NCBI GenBank assembly: GCA_036785375.1
Contig: JAWMAR010000026.1
Location: forward strand, 12,152,001 to 12,216,000
Direction: 5' to 3'
DNA length: 64,000 nucleotides
Origin: Leucoraja ocellata
Taxonomy: Eukaryota
Numbering within the stretch: the stretch's first letter is position 1; the number at the start of each line of letters is the position of its first letter. Below the pieces are notes generated by a model. The model saw nothing but the letters and a program-made list of their open reading frames with translations, was not told the DNA's origin and searched no databases. This document shows, in pieces, positions 11,441-24,414 of the stretch. The position numbers and the translations under genes were made by a program.

Positions 11441-12242
11441 CTGAGAAAAGGGCTGTCCAGCCTCCATATCTATGTCTCTCGTGATTTTATAAAATCCTAT
11501 AAGGTCACTCCCTCACTTGCTTCAGGAGAAACACCCGGCCTATTCATTCTCTTCTCATAACTCAAGCCTCCCTGGCTACCTTTTAGTGAATCTTTTCTAG
11601 ATCCATTCAAACTTAATCACATCCTTTCTGCAGTATGTCCATAAAATTTCTTAAATATAATGAGACTTACAAGTTCTTGACTGACACGTTTTAACTAACT
11701 GAAGTGTATACGCTTTATTGTGAACATGTTCACCCATCTGCACACCTTCCCTTTTCCCTAAAGGGGAAGTATTGTGATATATGTTTTATGGCTTGTGGTT
11801 GTTGTGTTTAACTGTTAGTTTAAAGTTGATGGGGTTGTTTTTATCTCTTGAAGCTGTGCTTCATGCTTAACGTAGCTTCAGTTCAGTTAAGAGTTTACTG
11901 CCACAATACAGGCAGATTCCTCTGCTGCTCCAAGCTTGAGTGAGCTTTTGTTATACTCCATCGTACAGTCACAAAAGAAGAACCCATTACACCACACAAA
12001 GAAAAGCTTCACCTAGGCTGACCCATTAAACACATATTGGACATTTACAGAATGGAATATGGGAGATTAAAATGTGTTCCTTGAAAAGTGGTGAATGTTG
12101 CAAAGCGCAAAATTGGATCTGTGTGCAGAGTTCACAGAGGTAACCACATACAGTACAGCTCACTAACTTGCTGTCTCCATCCCCTGAAGTGTGCTGGTTC
12201 AGATACACTGAGGATAAGCAGGTAAGAATACAATACGGTACG

Positions 12243-12550
12243 GGGGTGGCACGATGGTGCAGCGGTAGAGCTGCTGCCTTACAGCGCTGGAGGCCCGCGT
12301 TCGATCCCAACTATGGGTGCATGTCTGTATGGAGTTTGTACATTCTCCCCGTGACCTTGTGGGTTTTCTTCCGAGATCTTCGGTTTCCTCCCACACTCCA
12401 AAGATGCACAGGTTTGTAGGCCAATTGGCTTGGAATACGTGCAAATTGCCCCTTGTGTGTGTAGGATGGTGTCAATGTGTGGGGATTGCTGGTCAGTGCA
12501 GACACAGTGGGCCCAAGGGCCTGTTTCCGCACTATCTTTAAACTAAACTA
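12243..12550 (+). mobile_element. V-SINE
   Basis: Full head-to-tail match to the local SINE consensus; (CTAAA) tail. Confidence 0.85.
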
Positions 12551-13242
12551 AAGATACAAATTCCTTTCCATACACCAGGTGGGAAACAATCTTTACATCA
12601 GTTAATCCGTGATCAAGACTTCCCATCGTAGGCTGATTGCCCCCGGCCCCAGGCAGTGACTGACCTGCAACATTCAGTGATGGATTACCCCCCAACCTCT
12701 GCTCCATCCTGGTCAAGGGAATCTTAGGAAAGTTCCTCCCACTTACAGCAGCTGAAGTGAACGGATTCATCCCAACTTCCGGCACTTTTTCTTCACCTTC
12801 CTTGGACTTTGCCCCATTCTAGAATCCCATAATACAGTACATACAAACAGGTAATATTAATTCTGGATTCTGCAATTGGAATACAGTGATTTTTAAAACA
12901 GGCAATAAAACAAAAATACTGGCATTTGGTCAATGACTCTCTTGTTGTGGGACGTATTATTAATTTCCCACTTTTTTCCCCATCTACATGGGCTAAAGTT
13001 GGCCTCACCACCAGCTACTGCTCCAGCTCTTCCCACGGTGACTCCACTGACCCAACGTAACCAAGGGCAATAACCGTTCACCTGGTGCCATCACACAGGA
13101 GCCATGAGCCAGTGTTGTCAGTTCAAAGGTTCCCCGCACCTCTCAGCTGAGGGGCTGCCTGGCCAGTCTGCTCCTGGCATCCTGCCTCGCCGGACAGCAT
13201 TGCCGACCGAGCTCACTTTCCCACATGTTCAATCCCTTCAAG

Positions 13243-13471
13243 GATAGACACAAAATGCTGGAGTAATTCAGCGAGACAAGCAGCATCTCCAGAGAGAAGG
13301 AACGGGTGACATGTCGGTACGAGACCCTTCTTCAGACAGTCTGAAGATGGGCCTCGACCTGAAAAGTCACCCAATCCATCTCTCTAGGGATGCTGCCTGT
13401 CACGTTGAGTTACTCCAGCATTTTGTGCCTATCTTCGGTTTAAACCAGCATCCGAAGTTCCTTCCTACACA
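13243..13471. mobile_element. PLE terminal palindrome with two head-to-head hammerhead cores
   Basis: gagacccttcttcagac-a-gtctgaagatgggcctc centre near 13338; ~95-nt inverted arms, right arm extended. Confidence 0.8.
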
Positions 13472-14039
13472 ATCCCTACAAGGAGCTAGGTTTACCCCCA
13501 ACCGTCAACTTGTACTAGAAAAATCACACCCATGACAATCTGAACGACACTTTGATTTTGCTCTCTTTAACTTGTCTTTGTGCTTCAATTCTGTGAAACA
13601 TTATTCCTTCCTGATCCTGTGCTAGTGAGCTAGTTTTTTTCCTCTCTAGGAAAGATCATCTCTCCGCATTTATTCAATTCCTATGACAGGCCATTGATGT
13701 AAACTATTTCGCTTTCATTTCATTTGCGTGCAGAGGAATTTTTGTTCTCTAGTCTTAGTGCCACTGGACAATGCGAATGGCTAAATTTCTACATGTGCTG
13801 TGCCTGACATTGCTCTCTCTGAATCTGCCTCGTACTCAACCTTGCCTAGAGCTGTTTGATGGAATGGTTAGGATGGAGCTCTAACCTGCATCTAATCCAG
13901 GCTGTACATCTCCAGCAAATGGAGAAATGAAGACATGGGCTCTGCATCCAACCTGTGCTGTATCTGGCTTGGAAGTATTTAATGAGTCAGCAAAGAGGGA
14001 ACATTATGCCACTAATGCTGACCATTAGGTCCTTCTAAT

Positions 14040-14360
14040 TACATGCCTCACTGCACCAGAGTCCCGGGTTCAATCCTGACCTTTGGTGCTGTCTACATGG
14101 CGTTTGTACATTCTCCCTGTGACCACGTGTGTTCCCCACACAGCTCCGATTTCTCTCACATCCCAAAGCTGTGTATGTTGCTGGGTTAAAATGGCCACTG
14201 TACATGGATCCTCATGTGTAGATATGAATGGTAGAATCTGAAGAGAATGTAAGGAGATTAAAAAAAGGATTAATGTAGGATTAGAGGAAAAGGTTGTTTA
14301 ATGGCCAACGCAGATTAGAAGGATCAATAGGCCTGTTTCAATGATGCATCTTTCCGTGAC
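14040..14360 (+). mobile_element. Old V-SINE
   Basis: cccgggttcaatcctgacc...gctgtc...ctccgatttctctcacatcccaaag, diverged. Confidence 0.6.
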
Positions 14361-16655
14361 TCCATGACCATGGTTTCACAGTTTACCCCAAACTTTATTA
14401 CCAAAGATGGGAAACATGTCTTCAGCCATTGAGAAGGTGAAGAGGTTTACTGAGATTCCCATTAGAGCAGGATTTTGCCAGTTTAGTGGGATAATCCATG
14501 CGAACCATGTCAATATACGTCACAAGAGGCATTACCTCCAATTTAATAACTTTGTAGGTTTAACATATGATAAAACTACATGTGGATCACAATGTACGAA
14601 TCTTATAAATGGATTGCCCGATAGCCCCAGCTCAGTGTAACCCAGCTTGATGATGATGCATCAACTCTGGATTCCAGAGAATGGTTTTGCTTAAGCCCTA
14701 TGTTTCCCAAGCTGGGAAAATAGAGCAGGTCACAAAAGATAAAGCTTCAGACTAAGTTCATGCCTCCTCAGCAGCTGCAGCAACTGTACGTTACAGTAGA
14801 AGCACAGGATATTTCAAGGTGTAGTCAGGCTTTCTCAGAACCCCGGGTGAGAGGGGGCTGTGGCAGTGTCTGCTTCCAGGAACAGGGACCCAGCTGGGTA
14901 TTTGGTGGGTGCCTTATAGTGGTTAAGAACGATGGTGAGAATGGTAGTTGACGATTGCTTCTCTGTGGAGAGAGGACCCAGATGGTGGCACAAGACACAA
15001 TAGATTGTGGACGTTGGAATCTACAGCAACAAATAAAGTGTCGGAAGAACTCAGCGGGTCAGACATGCGTGCTGGCCAGAAATGACCATTGGTTATTTAC
15101 AGCCAACTGTCTCGCAGAAGCCAGGTCATTACAGGTTGGAATCCCAGCTATTTCTCAGCCGCCGGAGTTCACAGCTTCATTCTGATCAATCATTCATTTG
15201 GTGGTCATATTAGATCATGCATTTTACAGCTGTGCCATCTTCCGAAGGTCACCAAGACCTTTAAGCCTTGATAACCTTTAATCCTTTGACACCAGGAGGT
15301 CAACGTATGCCTTAATCTTCTGCCCAAGGAATGCAAAGGATTAGGACTGGGCACTAGTTCATTTTCTGCCTCACAGGCTTAATATCAGTTTCACTTGAAA
15401 CCAGAAATCTACAATATAAAAGGTGGGCAGTCAGTCAGGAGGGGTTGCAAATAGATATCAATAGAAGGACGATTCAATGTATATATACATTCAGCATAGG
15501 GATGGGGGACTTTCTTCCCTTGTATCAATCAAAGAATGCAGAGGGCATGGCATTAACAGTCCAGGCAGGGCCCCGGTTATGACAGGGTTCTGTCCCCGAG
15601 TACCATTCGTAACCCAAACTGTTTATGTCAGAAGTGAACAAAACCCGTGTGTGTGAGGGGTTCACAGAAACAGCTGTGATGGGAGAGTGAGCAGGTGAGG
15701 CAATGTGTCTGTGAAGGGTGCACCTTCTCTCTATGATCCCGTGAGTTATATACACGAGTGCTCAGGTTTGCACACTTCATAGTAGATTCATTGGCCTCTG
15801 TAAATGGCTTCCAGTGTAGCTGTGTGGTAGTGTCTGGTTGGTGGGAGGAGAGTTGATGTGAGGAGAATAAAATAGGATTAGTGCAAATGTGTGCTTGTTA
15901 CTCGGTATGGATTTGGTGCTGAAGGGCCTGTTTTTATACTGTGTGACTTTCATTAAGTAAGAGTCAGGAAGGATTATTGGGGAGAGTTGTAGGGGAGGTA
16001 GTGTCAGAGGTTGTTCAGCCACAGCTGATAGCCACATACTTCCCCTCCTCATTTGCCCTCACCTCCATGGCAGCCTTTTATCCGGCTGTTCTCTTGGGGC
16101 TGACCCACTTCCCAGCAGGCAGTGCAGAGTGTCATGGCAACCACAGGTATTTGTCACTGTGACAGCCCAGGTAAGCAGTCGCACAGTGACATTTTATGGA
16201 CCAACTTTTGAAATGGTCTTTTTCCGTCAATTTCCTAATTAATTTGCTGGTCACCTAAATAAACATTGGATGCACCGATAAATCTCTAGGCAAAGGCATT
16301 TGGAAGGCAGGAAGGGAGGCTAAGATAAATAATTCCAAAACACAAACATTGTGTTCATTTCTGGTCAATACACTATGAGAGTCTTGTAAAGGATACAAGA
16401 AGGTTTAGTCAATGGGAATGCGTGTGTGTATGACCTCTCTGAAGGATTTACAGAGTTGGCACCACTTAACAAGCCAGCGTGATTAATGACTAAACTGTTT
16501 GATCGAGTAATACCTTTCTTTGTTTAGTGACTGCATTTACTGTATGAAAAACAGAATCCCTTTCATTCTGCAAGGCCCAGCAGCGGGGCAACAAACAAAG
16601 GTGAGGTGTAGCTCAGTGTCAGCCTGAGAAGAGCAGGGGCAGTGGAAATTATGAT

Positions 16656-16659
<4 letters not shown>

Positions 16660-16690
<31 letters not shown>
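16660..16690. repeat. (GA)n microsatellite
   Basis: About 15 GA units. Confidence 0.95.
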
Positions 16691-16696
<6 letters not shown>

Positions 16697-16854
16697 TTTA
16701 TTACCTTTGGCTTGCACTCACTCAAAAGTGCCCTGTGCAAACCCGAGCTGAGATCTGTGCATAAACTGGGCTGAAATGCTAAGTGAGAAGGGTTGGAGCC
16801 CCCGGCTGTTCATGAACGGCCTACAGTGGAGCTCGCTTTGACATGTCATCTGGA

Positions 16855-16946
16855 GATAGACACAAACTGCTGGAGTAACTCAATGGGGCAGGCAGTATCT
16901 CTGGAGAGAAGGAATGGGCAAAGTTTCGGGACGAGACCCTTCTTCC
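16855..16946 (-). mobile_element. PLE terminal repeat, single arm
   Basis: gatagacacaaactgctggagtaactc...gtttcgggacgagacccttcttc. Confidence 0.7.
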
Positions 16947-17129
16947 TGGAGGTTCACTGATAGTTGTCCGAGCCTGAAAGCTCGGAACCTGGGGCTCCAC
17001 ACCCCCTTTCTGTGGTATCAAATGCATAATCCACCTGACACTCTCATACACTGACTGAATGTGGGAAGGAACTGGAGCTGTACAGCTGGACGCCCTCGTG
17101 AGAGTGTTTGAGATAGGGGTTATAGTGAG

Positions 17130-17900
17130 GTGGTCACACCCAAGTTGCAGACAGAATGTAGATGTGAGACCACCAGGAAGGGTAAAGGGATTCGGCAGAG
17201 AGTGCAGGAAACTCTGCTAGCCATTCCCTTCAAAAGCAAGTATACCTTTCAGATATTGTTTGGGAAAGGGGGGTGGGGGGTGGGAGGGGATGATCGTGAT
17301 CGGGGAAAGCAGCAACAGTCAGGTCTGTGGCACCAGGTTTGCCTCTGAGGAAGAGCAGAGAGCAGGGTAGGGTGAGGTCCAGCAGGTTTATATCGACCAG
17401 AGACTGTGTAGTTAGGGGGAGAGACAGGAGATACTACAGCAATAAACAGAACCCCAAGATTGTGTTGCCTCCCTGGATGGCTCGGAGCAGCTGAAGAACT
17501 TTCTCAAGAGGGAGGTCGTTAGAACATTGGTACCAACAACATAAATAAGCTAAGGGATGAAGTCCTGCGGGTGTATGGGGAGTTAGGAAAAAGATGAAAA
17601 AGCAGGACTTTGAGGGGGGGAATCTCTAGGTTACTCCCAGTGCCATGTGCTAGTGAGGGCATGATCAGAGAGATAGGGCAGATTAATACGTGGCTATGCA
17701 GCCTGTGCAGGAGGTAGGGGTTCAGGTTTTTGGATCATTTGGATCTCTGCTGGTCCAGAGACAACGACAAGAGCAGCGGGTTGCACCAGAACTGGAGAAG
17801 ATCCAATATTATGGAGAGGGGGAGATTTGCTAGCGCTATTTGGGGAGGTTTACAATACCACATTGGCAGGGAGGAGGGTCCCAGAGCATAAATGAGGCAG
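17130..17900 (+). mobile_element. CR1-like LINE ORF1 (SGNH-esterase-like) remnant
   Basis: Degenerate tgtgttgcctccctgg (CCLPG-like), acattggtaccaacaacata (HIGTNNI-like), gggttgcaccagaactggagaag; many stops and frameshifts. Confidence 0.6.
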
Positions 17901-18249
17901 ATGAGAGGTTAGGGGAAATTACTGCAGTTAAAGAGAGAATGTTTACAGACAGGGCATGCATGTGCACAGTAAAGAGAGGTGAAAGACCTCTTTGGTTTGC
18001 ACTGTATTTATTTAAACACTGGAGGTTTAACAGTGGGGCAGTCGGCAGAGGAGAGGGAGATCGAGTCACAGGCCTGCAGGTTTCCTGGATCGGGGGCACT
18101 CCAGGCCCTTCAACTTGTGGACTGCACTTTGGAATTTGCACTGTTTGTGTTTTCTGTTTTTTTAATTTTAAATGGCGCCAACATTGTAGCGTTTGTGGTT
18201 ATGCAAAAGAATTTCACTATGGGGTGCAGACGTGACAATAAAGAACCAT

Positions 18250-18492
18250 TATACCATTGAACCATTGCACTACCTCTGTGTTATCCCACTTTTTCACCCA
18301 CTCTCTAAACATTAGCGGCAATTTATTAACCACAAAAAACATACATTTTGGGAGGAAATCACAGCACCCAGAGGAAATCCATGTGGTCACAAGGAGAATG
18401 TACAAACTCCACCCAGACAGCACCCGAGGTTAGGACTGAATCCCTGTGTCTGGTGCTGTGAGGCAGCAGCACCACAAGCTGCATCACTGTCC
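18250..18492 (-). mobile_element. V-SINE (degenerate)
   Basis: Reverse complement of SINE head and V domain. Confidence 0.65.
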
Positions 18493-18795
18493 CGTCTGTT
18501 TAGAGGCCTTTGGGGGTAAATGCAGGCCAGTATGCTGAGTTCTGGTGGGAACAACTGAGATTCTGGGGGTAGTTCTGGAGGAAATGGGCTGAGACATTGG
18601 ACGCAGAGGATGACTTGGAGTCGGCAGCAGGGCACGTTGTTATGGTCAAGAGCTGCTGAGAAGTGGTTCAAGCAATTTGTGGTATTCTTTTATCTCAATC
18701 CTTGAACCATCCTCACTTGAGGCAAAATTATTGGAGTAGCAGGTCCTATGTTGCCATTAATTGTATGTCTGTGGTTTTGCTTCATTGTTTCGTTA

Positions 18796-19103
18796 AGTTT
18801 AGTTTAATTTAGTTTAGAGATACAGCGCGGAAACAGCCCCTTTGACCTACTGAGTCCTTGCTGACCAGCGATCCCCGCACACTAACACTAACCTATACAC
18901 ACTAAGGACAATTCACAATTTTACCCAAGACAATTAACCAACAAGCCTGTATGCCTTTGGAGTGTGGGAGGACCACACTGGAACATCCGGAGTAAACCCA
19001 CGCTGGTCATGGAGAAAATGTACAAACTTCATACAGACAGCACCAGGATCGAACCTGGGTCTCTGACGTTGTAAGGCAGCAACTCTACCGCTGCGCCACT
19101 GTT
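18796..19103 (-). mobile_element. V-SINE
   Basis: (TTTAG)n tail then agagatacagcgcggaaacag...gcagcaactctaccgctgcgccac. Confidence 0.85.
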
Positions 19104-19358
19104 CCCCTTTAAGTACTAACACAATGTGTGAAGGCATTTCAGGTAATAGAAATTCACAAATCACCACCAAAAAATTTGAGATACGGAATAAAGTTTCAAT
19201 TTATCAGAGGAAAAAACGGAAATAAACACAAAATATGGAAGAAACACCACATTTTTTGTCAAGGGTTTGAGTTAGAGAAAATCAAGATGTTGGCGTTTTT
19301 TGAGGAACCCACCCCCTTTGTTATGGGGAATATAAAGTGGTATTAGCATTTAGGTACG

Positions 19359-19940
19359 TTAGACTTTAGACTTTAGAGATACAGGTCTTTCGACCTATCG
19401 AGTCCGCACTGACCTGCAATGACCCCTTACACTACACACTAGGGACAATTATTTTTTTTTACTGAAGCTAATTAATGTACAAACCTGTATGTATTTGGAG
19501 TGTGGGAGGAAACTGGAGCACCAGGAGAAAACCCACGCAGTCACAGATTAGTTAAACTTGACATAATGTTTGGCATGGACACTGCGTCAAGGGGCTTTTT
19601 GCTGTGCTTTACTGTTCTGTGAAACTGGCCCAATGAATTCACATCAAGCACTAATTTACGCTAATCTGACACTAATCCCATTCAACTCCCCCACATTCCC
19701 ATCAACAGTCTTCCCTCTCCAGATTCTATCCCTCACCCATACGAGGGCTAATTTACAGCAGCCTATAAACTGACCAACCCACTCGATTTTGGGATATGGT
19801 TGGAAACCAGAGCACCTGGAGGAACCCGTGTGCTCACAGGGAGAACATGCAAACTCGATACAAACAGTGCCAGAGGTGAGAATCGAACCCGGGTCACCGG
19901 AGCCGTGAGGCAGTGGCTCTACCAGCTGTGCCACTGCACT
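19359..19940 (-). mobile_element. Two tandem V-SINE copies (19359-19545 truncated; 19620-19940 older subfamily)
   Basis: Both match the reverse complement of the SINE consensus. Confidence 0.75.
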
Positions 19941-19990
19941 GCATTCAGACTCACAATTTTCCAACAGGATGCTATACTGCAATCAGAGGA

Positions 19991-20087
19991 GATAAACACA
20001 AAATGCTGGAGTAACTCAGTGGGACAGGCAGAATCTCTGGAGTGAAGGAATGGGTGACATTTCGGGTCGAGAATTCCTTCCTACACA
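19991..20087. mobile_element. PLE terminal repeat, internally deleted
   Basis: gataaacacaaaatgctggagtaactcag...tttcgggtcgaga joined to ttccttcctacaca. Confidence 0.7.
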
Positions 20088-20956
20088 TCAGAGGAGGTAA
20101 CCTTATCTCTCACGACAAGACTGAGGTACTTCAATCCCCACGTCAGTTATCTCAGTGAAGAGCCACTATGAGTGTCACTGCAAATGCACACAGGAAGATT
20201 CCCAATTCAGCTCCTGAGACGAGCCTATTTTTTGTCCCATTTTACTCAGAATCCCTGTTCAAAATCTGATGAAACAGGCACGTTTTTTCTTTCTCAGAAG
20301 ACGAGATGATCATGTGCTGGGGCTTGAATGTAACAAAAGCTTGTTAGAAACTCCGCTTGTAACACCAGTTTAATGAATGTATTATTTGTGCTCCACAATC
20401 CAGGGAACCCTCTGTGCAAACTCCTTAGAATTTAAAGAGAAAACCCATTGCCGCTCAACAAAACTAACCACATGTCATGAATACAAAATCAGCAAAAGCG
20501 AAGGACTGGTGCCCCCTGGGACAGAGGCTGTGGTTAAAGGCCTTTGTCTGGGTAACAAAAAGACTATTAGTAGCAGCTAGTGAGTTGTGCGAGGTGACCC
20601 TTCACAGTCAAACTCCATCATGAGAGGCTTTCTCAACCAAAGCCCCTTGCTTCCTGATTGAAGTACTGATTGTGTCTTTGGTGACATCAAACAGTAAGCC
20701 CATTAACAGTCTGTGCCGCACAATTTATCACAGATTCACTGATCAGCATCAGACTGACCATCTTTTGTCTGGCGGTTTCCAAGTTAGAGCCATGGATAGA
20801 AACAGCATGGGAATAGTCTCTTCGGCCCACCAAATCTCCACTGCCTATCAACAACTCATTTACACTAATCCTACGTTAATCCTATTTTTTTTTATTCTCC
20901 CACATTCTCATTGACTCCCTTTAGATTCCATCACACACCCACAAAGCTACTTCAGG

Positions 20957-21188
20957 CTTTAGATTTTAGAGATATAGCGTGGAACTGACCAGCGAACACT
21001 AGCACTATCTTACACACTAGGGACAATTTACAAATGCCAATTAACCTACAAACCTGAGGAGGAAACGGGGCACCCAGAGAAAACCCACGCGGTCACAGGG
21101 GAACATACAAACCCTGTGCAGACAGCAATCATAGTTAGGATTGAACCTGGATCTCTGGTGCTATGAGGCAGCTGCTCTACCACTGCAC
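20957..21188 (-). mobile_element. V-SINE (deleted)
   Basis: Reverse-complement SINE match. Confidence 0.7.
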
Positions 21189-21339
21189 TACTTAATACAC
21201 AGTGGCCATTTAAACTACCAGCACACGTTTGGATGTGGCAGGAAAGTGCAGTATCTTGAAGAATCTCATAGTGAGATGTGAAACACACAGAAAGAGAACC
21301 TGGTTAGGATTGGCACTGGCGACAACGCGTCTGTCTACA

Positions 21340-21690
21340 TTATTTTTTATTTATTTATTTATTTATTTTTATTAGCAGTACAGTAAATCACATTAATACA
21401 TCGCATATATCTTATTACATTATGTTGTACCACTTCATTTTTTGAGCTTTAAAAAAGATAGAAATAAAAGAAGTAAGGAAAGTAAGCAAGAATCATGAAG
21501 GTGCAGGAAAGTGTTGGGAGAAGAGAACCCCTTAGGGAAGGAATTAGAGAAGGAAGCAAAGAAAAGAAATAAGACCCTAGAAAGAAAAGAAAAAAAAAGA
21601 AGAAAGGAAAATCAATCGCTCTATTGTAACACAAAACTCCGCAAAAAAGGATATACCAACCGTGTCTTTATTAAAAATTTATTTTATACA
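21340..21690 (-). mobile_element. Poly(A)-tailed LINE (L1-like) 3' end
   Basis: (TTTA)n tail at 21340-21372; aagctcaaaaaatgaagtggtacaa on minus matches 31858-31881 on plus. Confidence 0.6.
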
Positions 21691-22069
21691 CATTCTGTGT
21701 AGGAGTTTAACATGAAGGTTCCTCTTCTAATATAGCCTATTACCCATTGACCATCTCACTGACCATCTAATCTGATTTACTAAACATCTAATCCGATGGT
21801 TGGCACGGATCTGGTGGGCCGAATGGTCTGTTTCCATGCTGTACCTCTCCGTGACCCCATGACCACTCCCCGTGGCAGACCAGGTGAGGGGGAGGCAGCC
21901 AATGTGATGTTCAGTGGGTGACCAACCGCAAGTACAATCCACCCAAGAAGGTCCATGCTGCAGGTGGCTCCACTCCTCTGAAGTGTGGCACAACCAGTGA
22001 GGCTGAGAGCAGCCATTTTAGTCAAAGGCGTGTCAGAGGTTATGGGGAGAAGGCAAGGAGAATGGAGGA

Positions 22070-22620
22070 ATAGGAATAGGAATACTTTATTGTCACATGT
22101 GACTAGGCACAGTGAGATTCTTTGCTTGCATACGCAATGTATACAAATAGCAGCCACGGCGCTGACAAAGTTATAACAAAGTTATAAAAAGGACACCGGC
22201 TCCCCCTTTTATCCACCCCCCCCCCCCAACAGTTCCCCTACGTGGGTCCCCATCGTCTTTTACCCCCTCCCTCCCCCATTGTCCTTCCCCCACCTCCCAC
22301 GCCGGGTCCTCCATTGTTCTTCCCCTCCCCCCCTCATTGTGGTCCTCCACTCTCTCATCGTGGATCATGACAGAAGCCTCCCCGTGGCGATCCCTGGAAG
22401 CGACGACACGATTCACTCTGTGACTCGTCGGGCGACAATTCTGTCAACGTGTTGGACGACGACAGAAACCACCAGCGAGCTACATCGTCTGACACACGAG
22501 CAAACAAACTCTCTCATTGACCGTCGACAGCAGGTCGACCCGTAAAGCATCACCGCCACCTCGAGGCCTCACCACAGCTGATGCCCCATCGTCCCAAGGC
22601 TTCACCGCTGACGCCACTGA
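22070..22620 (-). mobile_element. Non-autonomous LINE-tailed retroelement, related to 43950-45200
   Basis: aatactttattgtcacatg...cagtgagattctttgcttgcatac terminus plus CpG-rich body. Confidence 0.5.
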
Positions 22621-22978
22621 GGAGGGAGCGATAGATCAGCCACGATTGAATGGCAGAGTAGACTTGATGGGCCGAATGGCCTAATTCTACTGCTATCTCA
22701 TGATCTTATGAACAATGTCTGATGCTGTGCAGAGGTCAAACATACCAGAGTGGGAACATGTAGAAACAAAGAACTGCAGATGCTGGTTTATCCTCGAGGT
22801 ATGCCTACCAGAGTCGGACCTGAACCGAAGAGCGATCTGGTAATTTTAGGCATAGGTTTCTTTCCAAATACCTGCAAATGGGTTGATGCAACAGGAAGAT
22901 GAGAAGTGAGTCTTAATCTCTTTGCAAATTTACCTTCGGTTACAGCCTCACTCTAATGCCTGACAAGTGAAAGTCTCA

Positions 22979-23432
22979 GGTACACAAAAATGCTGGAGAA
23001 ACTCAGCGGGTGCAGCAGCATCTATGGAGCGAAGGGAATAGGCGACGTTTCGATCCAAAACCCTTCTTCAGACTGATGAGGGGGGAGAAGGAAGGAAAAA
23101 GGGAGGAGGAGGAGCCTGAGGGCGGGGGGGATGGGAGGAGACAGCTCGAGGGTTAAGGAAGGGGAGGAGACAGCAAGGGCTAGCAAAATTGGGAGAATTC
23201 AATGTTCATGCCATCAGGACGCAAGCAACCCAGGCGGAATATGAGGTGCTGTTCCTCCAATTTCCGGTGTTGCTCACTCTGGCAATGGAGGAGACCCAGG
23301 ACAGAGAGGTCGGATTGGGAATGGGAGGGGGAGTTGAAGTGCTGAGCCACCGGGAGGTCAGGTAGGTTATTCCGGACTGAGCGGAGGTGTTCGGCGAAAC
23401 GATCGCCCAACCTCCGCTTAGTCTCCCCGATG
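22979..23432 (-). mobile_element. Penelope-like element 3' end: GIY-YIG endonuclease C-terminus, 3' UTR and hammerhead-bearing pLTR
   Basis: IGETKRRLGDRFAEHLRSVRNNLPDLPVAQHFNSPSHS...RKLEEQHLIFRLGCLRPDGMNIEFS* (stop at 23180). Hammerhead-like core at 23071-23044. Confidence 0.9.
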
Positions 23433-23496
23433 TTAGTCTCCCCGATGACAGAAGTGAAAGTCTCAAACAGGATGGCTCTGTAGGAATGAAACTGAA

Positions 23497-23660
23497 GAGA
23501 CACACAAAATGCTGGAGTAACTCAGCAGGACAGGCAGCATCTCTGGAGAAAAGGAATAGGTGATGTTTGGGGTCGAGACACCTTCTTCAGAAACAGTCCC
23601 TGTTTGTTCTCTCCAGAGATGCTGCCTGACCCGCTAGGTTACTCCAGCTTTTTGTGGCTC
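23497..23660. mobile_element. PLE terminal palindrome
   Basis: Inverted arms gctggagtaactcagc...cagcatctctggaga / tctccagagatgctgcc...gttactccagc. Confidence 0.75.
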
Positions 23661-24414
23661 TCTATGATAGGATTGCTCTGCTGTGAGCTGACCTCGACTT
23701 GATGGGCTGAATGACCTGCTTCGGTTTGAATCAGTCATCAACATGTAAATGATAAGGGGGGTCCAGTGGACACTTACGCTGCACAGTACAATCCGGTAAG
23801 TTACAGTTGCCAGGGGTTGATTTTGTAATAGGCAATTGAATGAAACCACTGAATGAAATGCGAGTGGATTAGTACTGGGAGGTAGGAATGCACAGGGAAA
23901 TATCTTAGTGGCCGCTGAACTGAACCACAATATAGATTTATAGATCTGTCAGCTTGCTGAATTCATCCAGCAAAACAAACAGTTAAAAAAAGAAGCTAGT
24001 TCTGAAAGGTCTGGTTTTTGTTGCAGGTTGAACTCCTTGAGCAGGGTCAGAGGTTGGGGTCAGGGTCACATAGCCTGGCCCAGGACCCAGGGGATTAGGG
24101 TGGGCAACTTGCCATCAAAGATTGCCGTCAGTGACAGTGCCTTGACCCCCTTCAATGAACAATTAGCGGAGGTTTCAGCTTACTCCGGATTGAAAGTTGA
24201 TGTAGAGTGTGAAAGGGCAGAGGTGGGGAGTGGGCTGCAGCTGGGCGTCACAGGGCACCAGTTGAACTCAGCACCCTGTCCTCCAGATACTGCCGAGACG
24301 TGGCGAGTGGGTGAGGAGCAGGGGAGGGGTAGTGGACCACAGGAGAAGAAACGCCGGAGCAGAGGACAGAGTTGTATCGATTGTATCGAGAATGGCTTGA
24401 TTGTAATCACGTAT

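Noticed and set aside
16067-16162. Leader-like ORF MAAFYPAVLLGLTHFPAG with nearby GT donors
   Set aside because: No downstream Ig or other exon found; short hydrophobic ORFs arise by chance.
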